Shown here: in pieces, positions 1 to 6,577 of the stretch
How the letters are laid out: every line of letters starts with the position of its first letter
How positions within the stretch are numbered: the first letter of the stretch is position 1
Origin: a virus
Direction: 5' to 3' (one strand)
IMG/VR virus record: IMGVR_UViG_3300037465_000544
DNA length: 64,000 bases
The notes under the pieces: model-generated
The model's database searches: none
What the model saw: only the letters and a program-made list of their open reading frames with translations
Told to the model about the DNA's origin: nothing
Position numbers and translations under genes: made by a program

Positions 1-1
1 T

Positions 2-298
2 TTACCTCTTCAACCTATTGAGGTAGTTGCTACTTTGGACAGAAGTGTACGCAACAAGGACAACAAAAATGATTTAAAGCCTGACGGAAGCCTTAAAGCA
101 CCTTATCAGGGCTACAGAATCCGGTTTAAAGAAAGCAATGTAATTGTTGTTGTAGAAGCTGGATCAATACTTGCTGCAGGGGAAGAAGCCTTTAACATAA
201 CCAAATCAGGCAAAGATAAAATTTATGAATTGGTTGCGGATGAAATGGGGCTTGTGAAAGTAGGAAACGGTGCACGTGTAATCTTGCAAGCAGAGTAA
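2..298 (+). CDS. Hypothetical protein, 5'-truncated by window edge
   Basis: Frame is open back to position 2 (LPLQPIEVVATLDRS...); followed by a terminator. Confidence 0.65.
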   Translation, partial: LPLQPIEVVATLDRSVRNKDNKNDLKPDGSLKAPYQGYRIRFKESNVIVVVEAGSILAAGEEAFNITKSGKDKIYELVADEMGLVKVGNGARVILQAE

Positions 299-302
299 AT
301 TT

Positions 303-336
303 AAAAGGGCGGTTGTAACAGACTGCCCTTTTTTTT
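303..336 (+). terminator. Rho-independent terminator
   Basis: AAAAGGGCGGT-TGTAACAG-ACTGCCCTTTT hairpin followed by a T-tract, just after the stop at 298. Confidence 0.8.
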
Positions 337-628
337 ATTTTTTTTGTCAGTCGGGACGAAAATCTATGAGCAAAACTATAGTCCACAAAAAAACATCATA
401 AAAACCACCATAAGTAAATAAGTAAATAAATACTATACTTTTCTACACCTTTTCTCTGTTTTAGTGTTTATTTACTGCGTTGCACATCATATAAATAAAA
501 ACCAATAATGAATAAAAACCAATAACCAAAAAACAAACAACGAAACAATAACAAATTAAACATTGGCATTCTCCTACCAATGCCTTGCCGTAAATAAAAT
601 GGCAAGGTGACACATTAAAAGACTTACT

Positions 629-874
629 TTGGGAGACATTCTGATAGTAGAACCATGGGCTTTGCAAGCGTCCTGTGGCTGTAAGATGACACCTTTGCTG
701 GTGTCTCCATTTCCCTGTTCCGGAGTTCAGGTGGTCCATAATAATCACGGCAATAGCCGGTTTATTAGGCGGATATGTACCGGTATGTATGGAGGATGGG
801 TTGACGTACACAAGTCAGAGACATTACGAATAACAGGCGATAGAAATATCAGCTGGCCAACCAATATGAGATAA
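629..874 (+). CDS. Small hypothetical protein (TTG start)
   Basis: 81-aa ORF with beta-rich, protein-like composition. An in-frame ATG at 599 is cut off by TGA at 608-610, so the start is uncertain. Confidence 0.45.
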   Translation: MGDILIVEPWALQASCGCKMTPLLVSPFPCSGVQVVHNNHGNSRFIRRICTGMYGGWVDVHKSETLRITGDRNISWPTNMR

Positions 875-959
875 CCTTGTAGAAGCTAAACAGTCTCAAT
901 CCTGTTATTTATATTATTTGCATCATTCATTCGTATTACTTATTCCAAAACCAAAACAC

Positions 960-1277
960 ATGAAAGACCAAAATTGGTGGAAAGCAATATATATCATGGC
1001 ATTTTGCGGAATACTGATAATAACCATATCACAAAACAGGATAATAAAACAACAAAAAAACAAATTCAATAACTTAGATTCCGTTTGTTGCGAAGGTCTG
1101 GCCAAAAAAGACAGTATCATCCATAAACAAGACAGCATTATTCGGGTATGGGCAGGATTTCATAATTTAATTCAAATCGCCATTGATTCAAATATGGCCA
1201 AAATAGAACGAAAATATCCTTGGACAAAACCAAAAACAGGACAAAACCAAAACCAAAAACAAACAAAAAACAAATAA
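960..1277 (+). CDS. Small membrane-anchored coiled-coil protein
   Basis: ATG at 960 after A-rich AAAACCAAAACAC; N-terminal hydrophobic helix WWKAIYIMAFCGILIITI. Confidence 0.65.
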   Translation: MKDQNWWKAIYIMAFCGILIITISQNRIIKQQKNKFNNLDSVCCEGLAKKDSIIHKQDSIIRVWAGFHNLIQIAIDSNMAKIERKYPWTKPKTGQNQNQKQTKNK

Positions 1278-1280
1278 CCA

Positions 1281-1553
1281 ATGAGAAAACCGGATTGGGA
1301 AGTATTCGAAAAAAAGTTTAAACCAAATTATAATACAGCACCGGACGAAAAAAGTATCCGCATTTACGATCCGCACAACAAAAAAGATTGGACTATTCTT
1401 AAAAAAACAAAAAAATCATACATTTGGACAATTGTAGATGGGGACAACAAAAACACCTATCTAACTCCTGGATACAGATATGTAAACAGAATAGGATACG
1501 TCATCTGTAAAAATCCTCACCAGTTTGAAAAAACAAGAGACTATAAATACTGA
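1281..1553 (+). CDS. Hypothetical phage protein
   Basis: 90-aa ORF with A-rich leader; motif WTIVDGD...PGYRYVNRIGYVIC resembles small phage proteins. Confidence 0.7.
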   Translation: MRKPDWEVFEKKFKPNYNTAPDEKSIRIYDPHNKKDWTILKKTKKSYIWTIVDGDNKNTYLTPGYRYVNRIGYVICKNPHQFEKTRDYKY

Positions 1554-1618
1554 AACTAAAAAAAGGCCATAGCTTTGTAGCCTGTAATACAAAGCACAGA
1601 AACAAAAACAAATAAACC

Positions 1619-1849
1619 ATGTCACGTAACTCAGGAATCAAAGTGGGACTTGGAACAAGCCGCTTTAAGTATTCAGGAAGGATTTATTCTTCCATCCAAA
1701 CAACAGTAAAAGAAAATTCGACACGCACAACACCACGGGAAAGCGATTTAATTGATGGAATTGATGACGGAGCGTATGCTGAAGATGAAAGATCTGAATC
1801 AGCAAGAATCAAAGAGGGATTTGCTTTAATGAATATGGGAGATGAATAA
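1619..1849 (+). CDS. Hypothetical protein
   Basis: 76-aa ORF after AAATAAACC leader. Confidence 0.55.
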   Translation: MSRNSGIKVGLGTSRFKYSGRIYSSIQTTVKENSTRTTPRESDLIDGIDDGAYAEDERSESARIKEGFALMNMGDE

Positions 1850-1915
1850 TCTCCCATATTCAAAATATTGTTTTTATTATTGTTATTATTCTTATTGTTC
1901 TTAAAAGACAACAAA

Positions 1916-2113
1916 ATGAAAAGATACCAATTTGAAGAAATCACGGCAGCTTTGTCAATTATAATCGCATTGCTTGCCTACAAGTTTGAAATAAACTGGT
2001 TATTTTATATTTACCTTGTAAAAAGCTGCATTGACACTTGGTGTGCTCTGAAAGAAAGTTATAAAAGTGCAAAGGCTTCATTAGCAAAAAAGTCATTGGC
2101 AAAAAAAAAATAA
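1916..2113 (+). CDS. Small membrane protein
   Basis: ATG at 1916 after AAAGACAACAAA; two hydrophobic segments and a basic tail. Confidence 0.55.
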   Translation: MKRYQFEEITAALSIIIALLAYKFEINWLFYIYLVKSCIDTWCALKESYKSAKASLAKKSLAKKK

Positions 2114-2184
2114 AACCAATGATTCATAACCCGATGCCTTTTATTCCGATTATGGCAACCCACCCTTTTTTCAAGGGTTGCGAT

Positions 2185-2276
2185 AAATAGCAGTCCTATG
2201 TAGAATGTTCGGCAGGTGTACAACTGATAGCGTAACCGGACTTAAACAGAAGTGCGATTCTGTTCGGCTGCTATTT
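2185..2276 (+). pseudogene. Degenerate tRNA-Leu(UAA)-like or other structured RNA
   Basis: 11-bp closing stem 2185-2195/2266-2276; D-loop-like AACTGATAG; half anticodon arm CCGGA-CTTAAA; T-loop-like GTGCGATTC. The 3' side of the anticodon stem is missing. Confidence 0.25.
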
Positions 2277-2311
2277 CTTGTAATAATCCTTATCAATAGC
2301 ACAGCAAAGAA

Positions 2312-2359
2312 ATTATTAACTAAAAATAAATATTCATTATTAACTAAAAATAAATATTC
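2312..2359 (+). repeat. Perfect 24-bp tandem duplication
   Basis: ATTATTAACTAAAAATAAATATTC x2 directly upstream of ATG 2362. Confidence 0.9.
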
Positions 2360-2361
2360 AA

Positions 2362-2595
2362 ATGAAAAATTACCGAATTACAAGGAAAAATTACCAAATT
2401 ACAATCGGCTACAAAGCAATAGTGTGTGTTAATGTAAAAGCATCGGATGAAAAAGAAGCTAAAGACATTGCAATAAAAAAGTTCACTAAAAAGAAAGATA
2501 AGATTTACGGGAGTGAAATTGTATTGCAAGATGATAATTTCAAGGCAGATGGAATTTTAGATATGGATGCAACTTGGAATATGTACGATAAGTAA
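2362..2595 (+). CDS. Hypothetical protein with duplicated N-terminal heptapeptide
   Basis: 77-aa ORF; 21-bp imperfect tandem repeat 2364-2405 (19/21) encodes KNYRITR/KNYQITI. Confidence 0.7.
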   Translation: MKNYRITRKNYQITIGYKAIVCVNVKASDEKEAKDIAIKKFTKKKDKIYGSEIVLQDDNFKADGILDMDATWNMYDK

Positions 2596-2716
2596 ATTTT
2601 TGCCTATAAGGGAAGGGCGAGGAACGAGGCTTGTGCTAAACCCGTGTTAGTTCTCAGAAGGAAAAGCTTAATTAAAGATTAAAAGCACTACATTTGCTAC
2701 GAAAAACGGCAATTGT

Positions 2717-2850
2717 GCATAACGTAAAAGCATTGCCGCAGTAGTGGCATTTGAAAAACAAAAGTTTAAAATATGACAAACAGCTTAATAGAATTACCAA
2801 AGCCCAAATTTGCTACCGAAGCCACTATTGTCGGAAATGCAGTATTATCT
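2717..2850 (+). repeat. attC-like site 1 (134 bp)
   Basis: GCATAAC...GCATTGCCGCAGTAGTGGC / GCCACTATTGTCGGAAATGC...ATTATCT; loop contains ATG 2773. Confidence 0.7.
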
Positions 2851-3303
2851 GCTGCTGCATCTCGTGGGTTCTTCGGCATAGGAATTTTTAACGGCAAGAC
2901 CATTGAAAATGTTGGCACTTTATGGCGTAGTGCTGATTTAATGGGTGCAAAATTCATCTTCACTATTGGTAAACGCTATCGTAAACAGGCAAGCGATACA
3001 ATGAAGTCTTTTAGACACATTCCGCTTTACCATTACGATACATTTGAAGAATTTTATAAATCGCTTCCTTACGATTGCCGATTAGTTGGGATTGAGTTGC
3101 ATGATAAAAGCGAATACATACAATCGTTTTTGCACCCTGAAAGATGCGTTTACTTGCTTGGTGCAGAAGATAACGGCTTGTCAAACAGCGTGATTGACAA
3201 GTGCCATAAACTAATCCAATTGCCAGGAAGATTTTCAATGAATGTTGCTGTTGCGGGGTCTATCGTAATGTATGACCGAATTAGTAAGCTGTCGCAGCAG
3301 TAG
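2773..3303 (+). CDS. SPOUT (SpoU/TrmH/TrmL family) RNA 2'-O-ribose methyltransferase
   Basis: Motif 1 ENVGTLWRSADLMGA, motif 2 YLLGAEDNGLS and motif 3 IQLPGRFSMNVAVAGSIVMYDR; catalytic domain only. Confidence 0.9.
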   Translation: MTNSLIELPKPKFATEATIVGNAVLSAAASRGFFGIGIFNGKTIENVGTLWRSADLMGAKFIFTIGKRYRKQASDTMKSFRHIPLYHYDTFEEFYKSLPYDCRLVGIELHDKSEYIQSFLHPERCVYLLGAEDNGLSNSVIDKCHKLIQLPGRFSMNVAVAGSIVMYDRISKLSQQ

Positions 3304-3304
3304 C

Positions 3305-3437
3305 CGATAATGGTAGGCAGATTTGCATTCGGTGGGGCGTTACACCACCACAGTTAATTTGAAACACTAAATTTTATAATATGCAGAAAGATTCAAAAAA
3401 GCACGACACCCCCACTGACGCAAATAATGTGTTAGCG
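3305..3437 (+). repeat. attC-like site 2 (133 bp)
   Basis: CGATAAT...ATTTGCATTCGGTGGGGCGT / ACACCCCCACTGACGCAAAT...GTTAGCG; loop contains ATG 3381. Confidence 0.75.
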
Positions 3438-3587
3438 GTTGTTTTACCTCCTAAAGAAGATATTTTAAGAGAAGCAGAAAAGCAAATATCTGATTGGTTG
3501 GAAGGAAGCACGGAAGAGGAAAAGGAACATTACAGAGTAGCATTCAGAAGGTCATACGAGTATATTGTTAGGGTTACGAAAGAATAA
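3381..3587 (+). CDS. Cassette-borne hypothetical protein
   Basis: 68 aa; leader MQKDSKKHDTPTDANNV lies in site 2; stop lies in the end repeat. Confidence 0.7.
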   Translation: MQKDSKKHDTPTDANNVLAVVLPPKEDILREAEKQISDWLEGSTEEEKEHYRVAFRRSYEYIVRVTKE

Positions 3588-3588
3588 C

Positions 3589-3719
3589 CGCTAACGTCCG
3601 ACAGCTTTGCGATGGGCGGGATTAGTAACTAAAAATTTGATATGAAAACAGAACTTAATAATAATAATAAACTTTCAATGGAGCAAGAACCCCTGCCTAT
3701 TGCAAAGGTGGTGTTACCT
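3589..3719 (+). repeat. attC-like site 3 (131 bp)
   Basis: CGCTAAC...GCTTTGCGATGGGCGGG / CCCCTGCCTATTGCAAAGG...GTTACCT; loop contains ATG 3642. Confidence 0.78.
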
Positions 3720-3881
3720 GACGTTTTTTCTTCGAAGGAAATGATTGCTTTCGGCAACTTTATCCGAGATAATTACTATGTAGCAGGTTCGCCAAGAATG
3801 TTATCCTATAACCCATCTAAATACCCACACGCAAAAGTTGACGAAATTTTTGTGTATTGGTGTATTGAAAATGGCAGGTAA
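3642..3881 (+). CDS. Cassette-borne hypothetical protein
   Basis: 79 aa; stop TAA 3879-3881 lies within the AGGTAAC left core of site 4. Confidence 0.7.
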   Translation: MKTELNNNNKLSMEQEPLPIAKVVLPDVFSSKEMIAFGNFIRDNYYVAGSPRMLSYNPSKYPHAKVDEIFVYWCIENGR

Positions 3882-4120
3882 CGCATCGGGGCTTTCTGTC
3901 GGGTTTTTTGCGGATTGAAAACTAAAACTTAATTATATGACACAAAAGGAAATAAAACAATTAGCCGAAAAGATATACGAGGAGTATATTTTTGGGGGCA
4001 TAGGCAGACCAAAATACGGGGTTGATTTTGATAAACGGCATATCATACAGGCACTTGAAATGATGGTGCATAAAACGAGGGAATGGCATGCAAAAAACTT
4101 GCAGAAAGCCCATGTTACCG
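3876..4120 (+). repeat. attC-like site 4 (245 bp, long-loop class)
   Basis: AGGTAAC...GGGCTTTCTGTCGGGTTTTTTGC / GCAAAAAACTTGCAGAAAGCCC...GTTACCG; the site holds the first ~59 codons of ORF 3937. Confidence 0.7.
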
Positions 4121-4776
4121 GTTCGTCACTTACGGATATAAGACAACCCGTATTAAAAGCCGGTGCGGCAATTGAAACGAAAATTATCACAGAACACACA
4201 AAAGCTACTATGTTAGAAAACATTGAGCAAAACTTAATTGAATTAATGGCAGACTATTTAGATAGCGAAAGCCTACAACTTGACCAAGCAATAGCATTAG
4301 TGAAAGACCCTATTCCGAGAGAAGAAAGTGAATTGCATATCAGAATGGCAAAAGCCGCTTTTCTCGAATATAAGAAAACTATTGTTAATGCAAACGTTAG
4401 TAGGGTTGAACGTGGTTGGGGCGGGCATTTCATTTGCTCCCACCGATGCTTGTTTCGTAGAAATACCTTACTGACTTATGGTGATATTAATATAGTTGTT
4501 TCAACTGTCGGATTGATGCTGACGGATACTGACAAAACTGGCAGCAATAGGTTTAGTACTATTGGTTATAATAGGCACTACGAAACAATGGCTTTTCATG
4601 CAGCCGATGATAAGTACAAAGATGCGGATGTGAGCAGGCAAATCAGTTTTAAAAGTGATTGTGCTATCGCTGAATTGTATGCCGAATTAAGAGCAAATGA
4701 AATGCACGAAAGAGTTGTAGCGGAGATTACAGAAAGATTGCTAAAAGGAGAAAAGTTTGAACCTACGGAGGGGTAG
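3937..4776 (+). CDS. Mosaic cassette-borne hypothetical protein
   Basis: 279 aa with internal GTT cores at 4114 and 4396 and an internal A-rich in-frame ATG at 4210. C-terminal domain ERGWGGHFIC...RHYETMAF resembles a small phage protein. Confidence 0.7.
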   Translation: MTQKEIKQLAEKIYEEYIFGGIGRPKYGVDFDKRHIIQALEMMVHKTREWHAKNLQKAHVTGSSLTDIRQPVLKAGAAIETKIITEHTKATMLENIEQNLIELMADYLDSESLQLDQAIALVKDPIPREESELHIRMAKAAFLEYKKTIVNANVSRVERGWGGHFICSHRCLFRRNTLLTYGDINIVVSTVGLMLTDTDKTGSNRFSTIGYNRHYETMAFHAADDKYKDADVSRQISFKSDCAIAELYAELRANEMHERVVAEITERLLKGEKFEPTEG

Positions 4777-4783
4777 CTATTGA

Positions 4784-4908
4784 TGCTAACGTATCGGGGG
4801 TTTGCGATGGCGGGCTTCCACTAAAATAAAAACGAAGATATGAACTCAAAAATTAAAAACGAAACTGTCCACGAAGCACAGCCCGCTATTGCAAACCCAT
4901 TGTTAGCG
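4784..4908 (+). repeat. attC-like site 5 (125 bp)
   Basis: TGCTAAC...GTTTGCGATGGCGGGCT / AGCCCGCTATTGCAAAC...GTTAGCG; loop contains ATG 4840. Confidence 0.8.
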
Positions 4909-5235
4909 GTAGTGCCTGAACGCATACTTTGTTCAGCTATTTGGTATAAGGAAATCAAACCTGTTCCATCCAAATTCAGCATACACGGGAAAACGATAGT
5001 AGGCAATATAAGCGAAGGTGTTGTTGTTTGCGGACATAGACACTATAACTGCATACTTACTCTAATTCATTTGTCAGGATATTCTACTACAACACCTGAT
5101 TGCGGAGAATATGAGCAAGGTTTCCTAACATCCAACAACAGGTTTGTCGGAAGAAAAGAAGCTGGACAAATTGCATTTGCAGCAGGTCAAACGAAAGAAT
5201 TAAAAGAAACATTGTTCAGCGAAGATGTCTGGTAG
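4840..5235 (+). CDS. Cassette-borne conserved phage hypothetical protein
   Basis: 131 aa; motifs ILCSAIWY, CGHRH, EQGFLTSNNRFVGRKEA and C-terminal LFSEDVW. Confidence 0.75.
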   Translation: MNSKIKNETVHEAQPAIANPLLAVVPERILCSAIWYKEIKPVPSKFSIHGKTIVGNISEGVVVCGHRHYNCILTLIHLSGYSTTTPDCGEYEQGFLTSNNRFVGRKEAGQIAFAAGQTKELKETLFSEDVW

Positions 5236-5441
5236 GCATTACCGCTAACTCATTTATTAGCGAACATTTTTTATTTTTACTTTAATGATAAACAATGAGA
5301 TAAAAATAAATTTGAAGTTCTACGAATATAGGCTCAGACTCAAAAAGGGGTAATACTATCATAGTTTTGCCTCGATTATTAGTTGAGGCAAGCAAAAAAC
5401 ACAAATAAGCAAACCAAAATAATAAACCAAAACAACAAACC

Positions 5442-5696
5442 ATGGAATACACATATGTAACACCACGCAAACTAAAGAGAAACTTTAACGAACTAAACTT
5501 TGGAGTAAGAAAATTAGGACCAAAAACCGGACGAAAAAACAACAGAAAGATGAACAAGGCAAGAGGAATTATTATAGTTCCTGATGAAAAAATTAAAATA
5601 GAATTAATAAAAAAATCAAAACATGTCAAGAATAAAATCATCAGAATCTGGAATAATATCTGTCATCCCAAAAAACAAATCAAAATATACAGATAA
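5442..5696 (+). CDS. Small basic hypothetical protein
   Basis: 84-aa K/R-rich ORF after AAAACAACAAACC leader. Confidence 0.55.
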   Translation: MEYTYVTPRKLKRNFNELNFGVRKLGPKTGRKNNRKMNKARGIIIVPDEKIKIELIKKSKHVKNKIIRIWNNICHPKKQIKIYR

Positions 5697-5760
5697 AAAT
5701 AAAGCTTTTTTGACACTGCTCTTTCCGGGTAAAATTTAAACAAATAACCCCAACAAGGGC

Positions 5761-5809
5761 AAACAGGCTTGTAAATAAACAATTAGAGGAGTTTACAAGC
5801 CTGTTTTTT
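5761..5809 (+). terminator. Terminator-like inverted repeat
   Basis: Perfect 15-bp IR AAACAGGCTTGTAAA (5761-5775) / TTTACAAGCCTGTTT (5792-5806) running into a T-tract. Confidence 0.7.
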
Positions 5810-5875
5810 AAATAAAAATCAGAAACAAAAGCCAATAATACCATCAATACTAATAATCCTTAAAAATAAAAACAC

Positions 5876-6358
5876 ATGAAAAAAATGATTTATTTTGCTT
5901 TAACCGCATTTTTACTGTTTGTCGGGCTTTCTATACTCCAAGCATCAGAAACGGCATCCTATACAACAAAATCAAGCACAGAAGGCTCCGATTTAGGCAC
6001 ATTGACTGTCAAAGGGAATGTTTATGATTCGTCATACAGTTACCCAGCCAAAGTTAAAATCTATATTTATAATATAGACGAAGGCACATATAAGATAGTG
6101 GATGCCTTATCGGGGAAATTCAGCATCAAACTTCCTTTGGGAGGAAATTACAATCTGGTATTCCACAAATCCGGTTATCAAAGCAAAACAATCACCGTAA
6201 ATGCTCTGTCTGAAAACAAAAAAGACTACCTGTTTGAATTTGACGTTTATATCAACAGACTTGAGGTTGTAAATGCAAAAACATCCTTGATAAGCAATAA
6301 AGTAGCAGAAATTTATTATGACAAATCAAAAGATTGTTTTTCTTATCTGAAGAAATGA
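5876..6358 (+). CDS. Secreted protein with carboxypeptidase-regulatory-like (CarboxypepD_reg) beta-sandwich domain
   Basis: Signal peptide MKKMIYFALTAFLLFVGLSILQA; pattern TVKGNVYD...G.FSIKLP..GNYNLVFHKSGYQSKTITV. Confidence 0.7.
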   Translation: MKKMIYFALTAFLLFVGLSILQASETASYTTKSSTEGSDLGTLTVKGNVYDSSYSYPAKVKIYIYNIDEGTYKIVDALSGKFSIKLPLGGNYNLVFHKSGYQSKTITVNALSENKKDYLFEFDVYINRLEVVNAKTSLISNKVAEIYYDKSKDCFSYLKK

Positions 6359-6419
6359 TAAATCCTGAATGCCGAATATTAAATAGCAAACCCTGAATCC
6401 AAAAAAAATAACAACAATT

Positions 6420-6557
6420 ATGATTACAAACATTTTTACAACCATTGTATTACCATTCGTTATAACCGTTGCAATGATATTGATTTGTTATCAGATATCA
6501 CGTCCTTGTTCATCAAGAAGAAAAACAAATCGGAAATTCATAAATAAAAACAAATAA
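6420..6557 (+). CDS. 45-aa single-pass membrane peptide (not in ORF track)
   Basis: Translated by hand: MITNIFTTIVLPFVITVAMILICYQISRPCSSRRKTNRKFINKNK*, after an A-rich leader. Confidence 0.55.
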   Translation: MITNIFTTIVLPFVITVAMILICYQISRPCSSRRKTNRKFINKNK

Positions 6558-6577
6558 AAACACCAAAACCAAAAACC

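Larger units (their letters stand above)
2646..5249 (+). mobile_element. Integron-like gene-cassette array (attC-like sites; no integrase in window)
   Basis: Five co-oriented ORFs, each preceded by a long imperfect inverted repeat with a ...TAAC/TAAT left core and GTTA/ATTA right core. Cassette ends are complementary: 13/15, 12/13, 12/14 and 15/16 nt for cassettes 1, 2, 3 and 5. Confidence 0.75.

Noticed and set aside
599-874. ATG-GCA-AGG-TGA in frame with ORF 629-874, suggesting TGA recoding
   Set aside because: TGA ends apparently real genes (1553, 6358, 8610, 22457) and nothing else suggests readthrough; an alternative start or decay is more likely.
2119-2190. 23-codon ORF overlapping a GCAACCC/GGGTTGC hairpin as a leader peptide or attenuator
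   Set aside because: Too short, no regulatory codon run and no biosynthetic operon downstream.
2717-5249. CRISPR array or simple terminators as the explanation for the repeated sites
   Set aside because: Units are long imperfect inverted repeats of differing sequence separated by whole genes, overlap coding starts, and lack terminator T-tracts.
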